Positions 1 to 10,538 of a stretch of DNA of 64,000 nt are shown piece by piece. Under the pieces are notes generated by a model. The model saw nothing but the letters and a program-made list of their open reading frames with translations. It ran no database searches and was not told where the DNA came from. Position numbers and translations under genes: made by a program. The stretch's first letter is position 1; the number at the start of each line of letters is the position of its first letter. Source of the DNA: an uncultured Acidobacteriota bacterium (GTDB taxonomy: Bacteria > Acidobacteriota > Blastocatellia > RBC074); assembly GCA_963796275.1 (NCBI GenBank), contig CAWCKY010000006.1, positions 1 through 64,000 on the forward strand, given 5' to 3'.

Positions 1-45
1 GGTGAAAAATCGGTGGGCTTTCCTTTATATTTGCTTTACTAAGCC

Positions 46-59
46 GTCCAATATTGGAC
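46..59. promoter_or_regulatory. Perfect 14-bp palindrome GTCCAATATTGGAC; variants at 2065-2078, 2378-2391, 5066-5079, 9489-9502, 11354-11367
   Basis: Six intergenic copies, each with at most 2 mismatches to the palindrome. Confidence 0.7.
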
Positions 60-156
60 AGCAATGACGGCGGAGACGGCCTGATCATTGTCTGTGGCGT
101 TCATCGCCGGCTGCGTTGACGGCTTTCAGCCAGTAATTTGAAGAAAGGAGCCATTT

Positions 157-1101
157 ATGTGGCGACAAGCAATCGGCCGAACCGCAACTTTAATTGAAGG
201 TCAAACTAATGGTACGGCTCCCAAGGCGAACGAGCCGCCCTGGATAAGGCCCTGGTGGCAGCCTTCTGAGGGAAAAAACGCGGCGTTCTTCTACATTGTG
301 ATGATTCACGCCCTGGCGCTGGTCGGGCTGGTCCTATTTCCCATACCAGGCTGGCGCGTTCTGGCCGTGGCCCTGGCAGTCGCTGCAATCGGCGGGGTCG
401 GGACCTCAGTCTGCTATCACCGCTGCCTGGCTCACCGCTCATTACGATTGAATCGCGTGGTTGAGAATGTGCTGATCTTTTTCACCATCTTCAACGCCTC
501 GGGAGCGCCGCTGACGTGGGTGGCGCGACACCGCAATCACCATGCGAAAGCCGATACCGTGGAAGATATTTCGAGTCCACGCCATGGGGGTTTCTGGTGG
601 GCGCACATCAGATGGGTTTATCAGACGTCAGGCTCAGAGGTTCGTCGCTGGTGCCCTGATTTGGACAAACTCAAGTATCGGATTTGGAGACCGCTTCAAA
701 TTCCCATCATCATACTTTCAATCTTCTCAGGGTTGGCAATGGGCTGGGAAGGGTTCTTTTGGATTGGAGCCATCCGCCTGGTCTATGTGCTGCACTTACA
801 AATGTTCGTCAATAGTTTGCTCCACATGACGCCCGGGCTGCCTGAAGGAGTGGATTCAAGCCGGAACCTCTGGTGGCTGGGGCCATTGCAATTGGGAGCG
901 TGGGGAGAGAACTGGCACAGGAATCATCACGGGGATGCTAACTCGGCCCGCTTCGGGCGCTGGTGGTGGCAGACCGACATTGGCTGGTATGTGATTTGTG
1001 GGCTCAAGTCATTGAGGCTGGCGAGCGAGGTCAGGCTACCGAAAGAATTCCGCAAGCTAGGGAGCAGGATAAAGAGTCCTACCTCCTTTTGTCAGCCTTA
1101 G
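157..1101 (+). CDS. Membrane fatty acid desaturase (delta-9 acyl-lipid/acyl-CoA type)
   Basis: His boxes YHRCLAH, RHRNHH and WHRNHH; GENWH motif; hydrophobic segments; AAGGAG RBS upstream. Confidence 0.9.
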   Translation: MWRQAIGRTATLIEGQTNGTAPKANEPPWIRPWWQPSEGKNAAFFYIVMIHALALVGLVLFPIPGWRVLAVALAVAAIGGVGTSVCYHRCLAHRSLRLNRVVENVLIFFTIFNASGAPLTWVARHRNHHAKADTVEDISSPRHGGFWWAHIRWVYQTSGSEVRRWCPDLDKLKYRIWRPLQIPIIILSIFSGLAMGWEGFFWIGAIRLVYVLHLQMFVNSLLHMTPGLPEGVDSSRNLWWLGPLQLGAWGENWHRNHHGDANSARFGRWWWQTDIGWYVICGLKSLRLASEVRLPKEFRKLGSRIKSPTSFCQP

Positions 1102-1801
1102 TCAAGATATCCAATTTGACGATCTCGTAACATCCGCAAGACCTCGCTTCCAAGCCCGCTCGGTCGAGGATCGTGATCTGGCCTCGGACGTAGCTGATCA
1201 GTTTCCCTTGCTTGAGGGCACGGGCTGCATTGGTGACGCCCTCGCGACGCACGCCCAACATGTGGGAGAGGAACTCCTGAGTGAGCCGAAATTGGTTTGA
1301 CCGGAGACGGTCGTGCGTCATAAGCAGCCAACGGGCGAGGCGCGCCTCCACCCTGTGGAAGCGGTTACAGGCAGCCGTCTGGGAAATCTGTGCCAGTAAC
1401 GAGTTCGCGTAGCGGCGGAGCATATCCGGTAACGGTCCCTCATGCCCGACGTGTTTGCGCATTGCTTCAGCCTTCATCCTCATGGCCGTGCCCGCTCCCT
1501 GCACCAGCGCCTGGTTGAGCGAAGCGCCCACCCACAGGAAGACAGAGATGCCGACCATACCTTCGTCGCCCACGATGCCAACTTCGAGGGTCGAGCGCTC
1601 TGCCACCATGGAGAGCAAAGAAACAATGCCCTGATTCGGGAAATAGACATGCCGGATGATCTCGCCGGATTCGTATAGGATCTCACCGAAAGGTAAGGTG
1701 ACCTCCTTTAAGTGAGGCTGCAGCCGTTGATATTCTTTGGTTGGCAGGGCGGCGAGCAACCGGTTGGTCACCGGCTCGCGTGTTCTTGTGGATCGAAACA
1801 T
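1079..1801 (-). CDS. Crp/Fnr family transcriptional regulator
   Basis: cNMP-binding-like N-domain (VYFPNQGIVSL, VGDEGMVG); C-terminal HTH LTQEFLSHMLGVRREGVT. Confidence 0.92.
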   Translation of the reverse strand: MFRSTRTREPVTNRLLAALPTKEYQRLQPHLKEVTLPFGEILYESGEIIRHVYFPNQGIVSLLSMVAERSTLEVGIVGDEGMVGISVFLWVGASLNQALVQGAGTAMRMKAEAMRKHVGHEGPLPDMLRRYANSLLAQISQTAACNRFHRVEARLARWLLMTHDRLRSNQFRLTQEFLSHMLGVRREGVTNAARALKQGKLISYVRGQITILDRAGLEARSCGCYEIVKLDILTKADKRR

Positions 1802-1952
1802 GAAGAGTCTCCTTATCTGGTTGCTGTCATGTTTGGGAACCCAACAGACGGCACAAGGAGGAGGTAATCGGCCCGATCCCGATGTCGAATGGTGAACTTT
1901 ATCAAAGATAAATTAACTACCACCACACACTATAGGACGGGCGAGGGCTGTC

Positions 1953-1968
1953 TATGCGCTATCGCACA
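1953..1968. promoter_or_regulatory. Candidate Crp/Fnr-type operator TATGCGCTATCGCACA
   Basis: Imperfect TGTGCG-N4-CGCACA palindrome about 150 bp upstream of the Crp/Fnr gene. Confidence 0.4.
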
Positions 1969-2503
1969 CACCTGAAGTTGGTGAAGGCGTGGGGAGCGCA
2001 CCTGGCCGAGCAATCGAGCGCGACCACGCATGTTTGCGGGCCTCGCGATAATTCTTTCAAACGAGTTCAATATTAGACGAAAACTCATCTCCAATCAGCC
2101 CATCGTATGAATGCAAAAAGGAGTATTGGCACTAAGTCGCCGAAATTGACGCTCGATGACTCGCGCTCCAGGCTTTCAAATTTACAATCTGACCATCGCC
2201 ATCGCTAAGATTGCCCAACAGCAACATGGTAGTTGATCACCTTTTGGCATTGATGGCAGCTCGCCCCGAAGCGCCGGATTCGCTTTTTCGGGGTTTCGAC
2301 CCGGAACTGATTACCTCGTTCAGGTCGCCTGGCGGAGGGCGCATTTCTGCGGGCCTCGATATTCTTCTTTAAAACTCGTCCCATATTGAACAGAACCCCA
2401 TCCCCAATCAGCCTATCCTTGCAAACGTAAGCCGGAGTCGGGGTAGGCATCGGCCCCACTCACCCGGAGTTTGCGGGCAAATACTTAAACCTGGAGGAGA
2501 ATT

Positions 2504-2653
2504 ATGCTTTGGACAATTATCGTTATCCTTGTCGCCCTGTGGCTATTGGGCCTGGTCGGCGGCATCGGCGGTTCAATGATTCACGCGCTGCTTGTTATTG
2601 CGGCGATAGTGTTGGTCTACAACCTGCTCAGTGGTCGCCGGGCGGTGCTCTAG
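2504..2653 (+). CDS. lmo0937-family small membrane protein (49 aa, absent from ORF track)
   Basis: MLWTIIVILVALWLLGLVGGIGGSMIHALLVIAAIVLVYNLLSGRRAVL; GGAGGA RBS. Confidence 0.85.
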   Translation: MLWTIIVILVALWLLGLVGGIGGSMIHALLVIAAIVLVYNLLSGRRAVL

Positions 2654-2792
2654 CTAGCCTAGTCTAGAGCTGTTTGCAATTGGAAGTACGGCGAACTGTT
2701 GTCGCTACTTCCGCCGTCAGATTGGTTGATTTTCAAAGGGCTTTCCAATGAAGCCCCCCGCACTTCTCTACTTAAATAACTGGAGTGAACCA

Positions 2793-3843
2793 ATGAGATA
2801 TATGAGGCAAACCATTTTGATGAAAGCCATGTTCGCCACAGCTCTCCTGCTTATGCTGGGGATGACTCGCACGGCTCTCTATGGGCAGTCTAGCGAGGGG
2901 CGCGCTAAAAAGGCGCCGGGGAAGACCAAAGTTCTTTCGACCACAGCGTCAGGCATGCCAATCGTCTGGCGAGATCCCGGCGCGGTCGAGACGCTCGACT
3001 TTGTCGGCGGCCCCGGAGGGCGGGAGCAAGTGCCTAAACCACCGTTCGCATTCATTGAAGAAGATCGCACCGGTTCCAATCCGAAGATCAAGGTGATGGA
3101 TGCCAACGGTGTCGAGTGGTCAGTCAAATGGGGTTTAGAGGTTAAGGCCGAAGTCTTCGCCTCGCGGATAGCCTGGGCCGCCGGTTACTTCGTTGAGCCC
3201 TCATATTTTGTCGCGAGCGGCAAGATTGACGGCGTAAAGAAGTTGGGCCGCGCTAAGGAGTATGTTAACTCTGATGGCAATTACACTGACGCCCGCTTCG
3301 AGATGAAGGAAAAAGGTATTACCAAGCTCGATGGCAAGCAAAGCTGGCAGTGGGATAGAAATTCGTTGGTTGGGACCAGGGAATTCAATGGCCTCAAAAT
3401 CATCATGATGCTGGTGTCAAACTACGACAATAAAGATGTCCGCGACCTTGGCCGAGGCTCGAATACGGCAATTTTTCAGTATCCGGTTGGCGACACTGTG
3501 GAGTCACGCTATGTTGTTACTGATTGGGGCGGATCCATGGGCAAGTGGGGTGGCTTCTTCAGCCGTGAGAAGTGGGATTGCAAGGGCTATGCGCAACAAA
3601 CACCTGAATTCATCAAGGGCGTCAAAGGCGGCTTCGTCATCTGGGGTTGGTCAGGACAGCATACGAAGGATGGCGCCGAAGGGATCAGTGGGAGTGACAT
3701 GAAATGGCTTCTCCGATATATCGGGCGGATCAGCGATAATCAGATACCGCGTGGGTTTGAAGGCGAGCGGAGCGACTCAGGAGGAAAGCCAGTGCTTCAC
3801 GAAAGCCCTGCGGGATCGCATCCTTCAAATGCAGATTCTCTAA
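2793..3843 (+). CDS. Secreted hypothetical protein with atypical (HipA/PI4K-like) kinase motifs; frameshift near 3745
   Basis: Signal peptide; [20 protein letters not shown] and DWG motifs; alternate frame gives a plausible C-terminus [18 protein letters not shown] ending at 3843. Confidence 0.65.
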
Positions 3844-3942
3844 CAGGTTGGCTTCAGGTGAGTGAGGCCATACGATTTTGCTCAGTCAAAAGTAAGGCTA
3901 TCAGTGCAACGAGCTATAGGACGAACACGGAGAGAGTAACCG

Positions 3943-4995
3943 ATGAAAGTAATGGTCCAACCCGGCGACGGGATCGCACTACTGCTCTCAGGTATCAAGA
4001 GCGCGAAAAAGAGTATCGAAATCGTAATTTTCCGTTTCGACCAAAGTGAGCTTGAGGCAGCGCTGGAGGCCGCTGTCGCGCGCGGCATGGCAGTGCAGGC
4101 GCTCATTGCTCACACCAACCGAGCAGCGGAGAAAAGCCTCCGGAAATTAGAGCTGCGCTTGCTTGCGGCGGGCGTCACTGTTTCGCGCACCGCTGACGAT
4201 TTGGCTCGCTACCATGACAACTTCATGATCATTGACCGCTCCACGCTTTATCTGATGGCGTTCAATTTAACCCACGTGGACATCTACCACAGCCGGAGCT
4301 TCGGCATCATCACTAAAGACCGCAAGTTCGTGCAAGAAGCCATCAAGCTATTTGAGGCTGATACCGCACGACAGCCTTACACGGCGGGGCTGGACACTTT
4401 TATTGTGAGTCCCGTCAATGCTCGCAAACAGCTCGCTAACTTCCTCAGTGGGGCGCGCAAACAATTGCTGATCTATGACAACCAGCTTGCCGACATGCAA
4501 ATGATCCGCCTTCTGCAAAGCCGCGCCAAGGGGGGCGTTGAGATTAAGATCATCGGACGAGTGGGTAAGCGAGGCATCGGACTGGCAGCGCGAAAATTGC
4601 AAGGTATACGCCTGCACACACGTACTATCATCCGGGATGGGCGCCAAGCATTCATTGGCAGCCAGAGTCTGCGGAAATCTGAACTGGACGCGCGCCGGGA
4701 AGCCGGGATCATCTTCCGCGATCCAAAGGTGATCAAACGCTTGCTCGCCACGTTTGAGACCGATTGGGCGGCAACAGAACTTGCCCAAGACCGGACGGCT
4801 AAAGACAGTGAGCATTCGTCCTCGGCGGTATTTATCAAACAGGCCGTCAAAGAAGCAATCAAAGAGATGGTTGAAGAGATGAAGACTGAGGTTGAGGAAA
4901 TCATATCAGAGACAGAAGAGGTGAAAGAGGCGGTCAAGGAGGCGGTCAAGGAGGCGGTCAGAGAGGTCGTCCAAAAAACAGATTCCGCTGCGTGA
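3943..4995 (+). CDS. Phospholipase D-like protein with two degenerate HKD motifs and an acidic VKEA-repeat tail
   Basis: YHDNFMIID and [14 protein letters not shown] motifs; [10 protein letters not shown] segment. Confidence 0.8.
   Translation: MKVMVQPGDGIALLLSGIKSAKKSIEIVIFRFDQSELEAALEAAVARGMAVQALIAHTNRAAEKSLRKLELRLLAAGVTVSRTADDLARYHDNFMIIDRSTLYLMAFNLTHVDIYHSRSFGIITKDRKFVQEAIKLFEADTARQPYTAGLDTFIVSPVNARKQLANFLSGARKQLLIYDNQLADMQMIRLLQSRAKGGVEIKIIGRVGKRGIGLAARKLQGIRLHTRTIIRDGRQAFIGSQSLRKSELDARREAGIIFRDPKVIKRLLATFETDWAATELAQDRTAKDSEHSSSAVFIKQAVKEAIKEMVEEMKTEVEEIISETEEVKEAVKEAVKEAVREVVQKTDSAA
4927..4960 (+). repeat. 12-bp tandem repeat GAGGCGGTCAAG (about 3 copies) encoding EAVK
   Basis: Read directly from the sequence. 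Confidence 0.8.
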
Positions 4996-5129
4996 AGCTT
5001 AAGGTGGCATCAACTGCCGAGCCTCTTGCCGCCTTTCTTCTCGTCGAGGATTTATTTCTGCAGTTGTCCAACATTGAACGGCGGTGGATTGGCATTCGGC
5101 GTATTCTGGCTGAAAAGGAGGATCCTAAA

Positions 5130-5692
5130 ATGGATAACACAACAATCATCATTATCGTTGCCGCATTGATAGCTGTCGCGGCAATCGTAGCGGCGGGGTG
5201 GATGTATTTGCAGAAGAAACAATCCGGGAGGCTGCGTTCCAGGTTTGGATCTGAGTATGACAGGCTCGCTGAGGTCGAAGGCGGCCGGAGGCGCGCTGAA
5301 AGACTCTTCACGAACGCGAAAAGCGGGTGGAGAGATTCAACCTGGTCCCCTTGTCTCCCAAAGATCGCGATCGATTCGCGGGGGCGTGGCAACAGGAGCA
5401 GGCCGGATTTGTGGATGATCCCCGAGCCGCTGTGGCTAATGCCGACAGCCTGGTGGCTGAGGTTATGAAAGTGCGCGGCTACCCGATGAGCGACTTCGAG
5501 CAGCGGGCGGCTGACATCTCAGTGAATCACTCACTTCCCGTGAAGAACTATCGTATCGCTCACGACATCGCGCTCCGCGATAGCGGCGACGAGACAAGCA
5601 CGGAGGAGTTGAGAACGGCTTTGCTTCACTATCGCATGCTTTTGAAGATTTACTCACAGGGGATGCAGCAGAACCTGAAAACCAAAAAGTGA
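5130..5692 (+). CDS. Membrane-anchored hypothetical protein; frameshift near 5310
   Basis: AAGGAGG RBS; N-terminal TM helix; LRSRFGSEYDR continues in another frame as FVDDPRAAV..STEELR. Confidence 0.7.
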
Positions 5693-5764
5693 CCGCTGTA
5701 GGGGCTTTAGGCAGGCAGTGAATCCTGTTCAGCAGTAATCGGAGGTATTTGAAGGAGGTCGCAG

Positions 5765-6259
5765 ATGATCGAGAGGGGATTTGATACGGAAGAAATGCCC
5801 GTGACTGAGCGAGGAACAAATAATAGCCAGCCACTGACAACCGCGCAGATGGCCGGTGTTGCGGCCGGGGCTGCGAGACGAATGCCAATTTTTGATCAAA
5901 TAGATATTGATCGCGAGCGCGGCGCTGTTGATTATCAATCCACTATAGACAGCCAACCGGCCGCTGTAGGCAGCCAGCCGGAAGAAGCTCCGGCGACGTT
6001 GTTTGAGCAAAGCGCGCTCCAGGATTTCCGTTCTCGCTGGGGAGCAATCCAGACCGGGTTCGTCGATAACCCGGTTGGAGCAGTAAAGCAGGCGGACGAA
6101 CTGGTAGCCGCGGTGATGAAACGTCTCGCGGAGGTCTTCGCCGATGAGCGAGTAAATCTGGAACAGGAATGGGTCAAGCGTAATGATGTTTCGACTGAAG
6201 ATCTACGTGTATCAATACGTCGTTACCGCTCATTCTTTGACCGACTGCTTTCCGTCTAA
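5765..6259 (+). CDS. Hypothetical protein, soluble paralog of the upstream gene
   Basis: AAGGAGG RBS; WGAIQTGFVDNP..ADELV..STEDLR..YR motif. Confidence 0.75.
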   Translation: MIERGFDTEEMPVTERGTNNSQPLTTAQMAGVAAGAARRMPIFDQIDIDRERGAVDYQSTIDSQPAAVGSQPEEAPATLFEQSALQDFRSRWGAIQTGFVDNPVGAVKQADELVAAVMKRLAEVFADERVNLEQEWVKRNDVSTEDLRVSIRRYRSFFDRLLSV

Positions 6260-6409
6260 ATCAGAGCAAGATGGACTGATCACAAATAACAAATTTTGCC
6301 ATACGCGCTCCGGGCGGCTGAAGCTTAAGTCGCGCCGGGCATCGCAAAGCAGGTTGGCGAACTCTGTTCAAACGTCTCCTCTCGCTGTTACTCAACAGGA
6401 GAGAGGGTA

Positions 6410-7025
6410 ATGAAACATTACTGGAGCATCCGTCGCCAGCCCAAACGGTCCCAGATGCCGCCCGGCGCGGGGATCAAGCTTATCAACTCCTACTTGACCG
6501 GAGTCAGATTCTTCATTCGGTGACGGAATCTCCACCCATCACCGAGGAGGTAATCAGTGAAAATCGCGATCTATGTGCGTGTCTCGACTCAACGTCAAGC
6601 TCAAACCCAAACCCAAACCCAAACCCAAACCCAAACCCAAACCAGCGCTCAGCAACTGGAGCGCCTGCGTGGGCACCTACAACTCAGTGGATGAGCCTGG
6701 CTAATTAAAACATCTTCGATGATGAAGGCTACAACGGGCTTTCGCTCAAACGACCCGCACTGGATCGATTGCGTGACGCAAGGTCGCTTTGTCCGCATGC
6801 TGATCACAGCACCTGACCGCTTCGCGCGCAATTACGTTCATCAGGTCCTGCTCCTGGAAGAAATGCAGAGCTATGGGTGCCAAGTCGAATTTCTCGACCG
6901 CCCCCTGAGTCAAGACCCGCACGATCAACCGCTCCTCCAAGTGCGTGGAGCAGTCGCCGAATATGAGCGAACCTTTATTGTCGAGCGCACGCAGCGCGGT
7001 CGCCTGACCAAACTCAATGCCGGCA
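6410..7025 (+). pseudogene. Remnant of a serine-recombinase mobile element: small upstream ORF plus recombinase N-terminus from GTG 6557
   Basis: IAIYVRVST catalytic motif; DDEGYNG..RPALDRLRD; PDRFARNY; AVAEYER; internal stop, frameshifts and truncation. Confidence 0.8.
6602..6643 (+). repeat. (CAAACC)7 microsatellite
   Basis: Seven perfect hexamer copies encoding (QT)7. Confidence 0.95.
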
Positions 7026-9439
7026 GTTCAACCGTATTCGAAACAGCCGGGGTGGTTAATGCAGGATTGATTTCTTCGTAATCGGTAGATATGAGCGGCG
7101 CCTGATGTTGCAAGCAGTTCCCCGGCACTAGAAAACTTGTCATTAGCATGCGTTGTCGCTGCGGGCAGAACTCATTGGCCAGCATGCCGGTTTCGGCATC
7201 AATCTCCACCGTCTCCAACCCCGCAGGTTTAAAGAATCGTTGGCGGCCAGATCGGGGCGCAACTGTAATGCGCGTGTGATAAAGTCGGCCCAGATAGGAA
7301 CGGCAGCCTCGCCACCTGTCAACCCGAGGTCGCTATTGTCGTCGTTACCCACCCGCACAATGACCAGCAAGTTCGGCGTATAACCGACAAACCAGGCATC
7401 GCGTGAAGTGCCGGTCTTGCCGGCCGCCGGGCCGTGATAACCGAGGCTGCGGATGCGCGCAGCTGTGCCGCGGTTGACTATATCGGCGAGTGTGTGGGTC
7501 ACCAGGTAAGCCAGCGAGGACTGGGGCGCGCATACTTTGGACGCGTCGCCTGTGATTAAGACCTTGCCGTTGGCCTTGATCGTGCGGATCGCGAGCGGGT
7601 TCTACTCTGACGCCACCATTGGCAGAGGTCGTGTAAGCACGAGCGATGTTGAGCGGCGTGGTCTCGAATGCCCCGAGCGCCATTGAAGTGTAGATCTGTG
7701 GTCGAGAAGGCGAGCAGCCATCTCGGCGACGTGTTCCAAACCTACTTGCATGGCAGCATCGACCGCGACGACGTTGAGCGAACGAATGATGGCTTCGCGC
7801 AGCGTCACTTGCTGATTGGAATAAGAGTGGCCGAAATTCTGTGGCAGGTAGGCTGCCTTGTAACCAAATTCAATCTCATGCGGCGCGTTCATAAAGGTCC
7901 TCGCCGGTGAAATCCCATGCGAGAGGGCAGCCGCGTAGACGATCGGTTTGAAAACCGACTCTGGCTGGCGCATCGCGTCGGTAGCGCGGTTGAGCTGGCT
8001 CGCGGCGTAATCGCGCCCGCCAACCATGGCCAATATCTCTCCCGAATGCGGGGCAAGCGCGATGAGGGCCACTTCAGGCCGCGCCGTGTGATTGTGCCTG
8101 GCGACGATCTTGTTCAAACGATTGAGATGCCGGGTGGCGGCTTGATTCGCCGCCTGCTGAATATCCAGGTCGAGCGTCGTTTCGATCCTCAGTTGCGGCC
8201 ATTCCTCTTCTTCAGATAGATGACGACTAAGCTCACGCCTGAGGTAATCAACGAAGTACGGCGCAGCCGTATCATCAAGTTGCTGCGGTGGAAGCAATAC
8301 GAGTTGTTCGCCCTTGGCTGAAGCGGCTTCGGCCGCGCTGATCCTTCCCGCATCAGCCATGGCATCCAGCACCACGTTGCGCCGTGCAGTTGCGACATCG
8401 AGGCTAGAGCGCATCGAACGGCGGTTAGGAGTCTGGCCCAGCCCTGCGAGGCATGCTGCCTCGCTAAGTGAGAGATCGCGAAGCTCTTTACCGAAGAAGA
8501 TCACTGCCGCCCGCGAACCCGTAGATGGCGGTGTTGCCGCTATGACCGAGGTAGATGCGGTCACAGTAGAGCGCAAATATCTGCTCTTTCATCAGCCAAC
8601 GCTCGATGGCGATGGCCATCATCGCCTCGGCGAGTTTTCGCTCATAGGTGCGCTCAGGGGTCAAGAATTGACTCTTAATCAGCTTGTTGCGTCATGGTAG
8701 AACCACCTGGCGAATTCTGCCGCTGACCAGGTTTGTGGAGAGGGCGCGGATGATCCCTCTGACATCCACCCCGCGATGTGCAAAGAACTGGCGGTCTTCG
8801 ATGGCGGTGAGCGCTTTGACGAAAAGCGGTGGCAAATCGTCGAAACTGGTGGCGCGTCGCGTTTGCTTCTTTGCGTTGATGTCCGCCGTGAGCATCTCTG
8901 CGGGGAGATGAACAGCGTTCAGTTGCTGATCAGTATGGCCGTCTTCGATCTGCCCGACTCGATCTCGACGCGTATCAGGACAGGCAGGCACGGGCCCACC
9001 GCGAATTGTTGGTGCGGAGTTCCAAGGAGTCCGGTTGCAAAGTAAAACTTCCTGCCGCGAATTCGTTCGACCGCTCGCTCTCCTGGTAGCCAGCACGGAG
9101 CAAGCGCTCAACGAGCGCATCACTCGTGATGCGCTCACCCAGGCTCACGCGGCACGGCGCCGCATAGATGCCCGCCGGATAGAGCAACGACCGATCAGCC
9201 AATCGAGCATCAATAATCGCCGCGTAGTGCGAGTAGATCGTCATCACCTCGACGACTGCGATCACCGTAACGAGTAGAATGGAGATGCTATTGGCAACCA
9301 AGATTTGCCCGCGATGGTTCACCATCACTTGAAGAGCAATCCGTAGTTTTGTTTGATACCTATTAGCTTTCTCATCTCTGTCAGGTGCCATCATGAAGCG
9401 ATTTGCCAGCGAGTAGAATTGCTCAACTTCGCGCCACAT
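7026..9439 (-). pseudogene. Class A penicillin-binding protein (PBP1A/1B family), multiply frameshifted and 3'-truncated
   Basis: Transglycosylase EDRQFFAHRGVD; transpeptidase SVFK, SLN and KTGT motifs spread over at least 5 ORF fragments. Confidence 0.85.
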
Positions 9440-9697
9440 CAGAGAGGGGCGCCTGCTCGCGGGCCTCGCGATATTTCTTTACAACCTTGTCCAATACTGG
9501 ACCGCCACACCTCCCGAATCAACCTATCATTCGTTCGTTGCTAGACAATAATGCAGAGCGGAGCTGCAGTGCACGTAGCCACTGGCTAGAATAGTTTGCC
9601 GTCGCCAGTTCTCCCAGTCTATTAAGTAGAAGTCATAATGACGACTGCGACTCTTTCATCGATAGGGCAATGAACGAGATCAAAGGAGAGACCATAG

Positions 9698-10426
9698 ATG
9701 ACAAGAATCCCATATCCGAAAATCGTCTCGCGCGGCGAATGGCTCGCCGAGCGGAAGAAACTTCTGGCGCATGAAAAGGGGCTCACCAAGCACTGTGACC
9801 GCATAAATGCCGAGCGACGCCGGCTTTCCATGGTGAAGATCGAAAAGGACTATGTCTTAGACGGCCCGAATGGCAAACAGAGTCTCAAAGCCCTCTTCAA
9901 CGGCCGTCGGCAACTCATCGTCTATCACTTCATGTTCGACCCGGCGTGGGACAAGGGCTGCTCAGGCTGCACGGGTTATGTAGACGCCCTGGGCGATCTG
10001 TCGATGCTGAACGACCGCGACACGACTTTCGTGGTCGTATCTCGCGCCCCACTGGCCAAGCTCGAGGCCTATAAAGCGCAAAAGGGATGGAGCGTCCCGT
10101 GGTTTTCCTCGTTTGGCAGCGATTTCAATTACGACTTTCACGTCACACTGGACGAGAAAGTCGCTCCCATCGAACACAACTTTCTGGACAAAGCGGAGCT
10201 CGAGAAGAGGCAGAAAGATGAGCCTTACTTTATGAAGGGCGAGCAGCACGGCCTGAGCGTCTTCTTCTGCCTCGACGATGATGTTTTCCACACTTACTCG
10301 ACTTATGCGCGCGGCACGGAAAGTCTCACCGATGCGTACAGTCTTCTCGACACGACACCCTATGGGCGGCAGCAGGACTTTGAGGACTCGCCCCCCGATT
10401 GGCCTCAGAAGCCGACCTACGGATAG
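9698..10426 (+). CDS. DUF899 family thioredoxin-like protein
   Basis: [35 protein letters not shown] and TPYGRQ motifs. Confidence 0.92.
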   Translation: MTRIPYPKIVSRGEWLAERKKLLAHEKGLTKHCDRINAERRRLSMVKIEKDYVLDGPNGKQSLKALFNGRRQLIVYHFMFDPAWDKGCSGCTGYVDALGDLSMLNDRDTTFVVVSRAPLAKLEAYKAQKGWSVPWFSSFGSDFNYDFHVTLDEKVAPIEHNFLDKAELEKRQKDEPYFMKGEQHGLSVFFCLDDDVFHTYSTYARGTESLTDAYSLLDTTPYGRQQDFEDSPPDWPQKPTYG

Positions 10427-10538
10427 GTCAAGACAAAGCTGACTAACGACAGACCAGCGCACCGAAGAGTGGTCAGAGGCTCGTCTTTGAGTTTCATCGA
10501 CTGCAGCGGCCCATCTACCGGCGCAGATTGAAAGGGCG

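Noticed and set aside
2120-5110. Sigma54 promoters downstream of the GTCCAATATTGGAC boxes (TGGCAC at about 2127, TGGCAT at about 5090)
   Set aside because: The GG-N10-GC spacing is not met
6602-6643. Possible CRISPR or telomere-like array
   Set aside because: Spacerless hexamer microsatellite inside a recombinase pseudogene; no cas genes in the window
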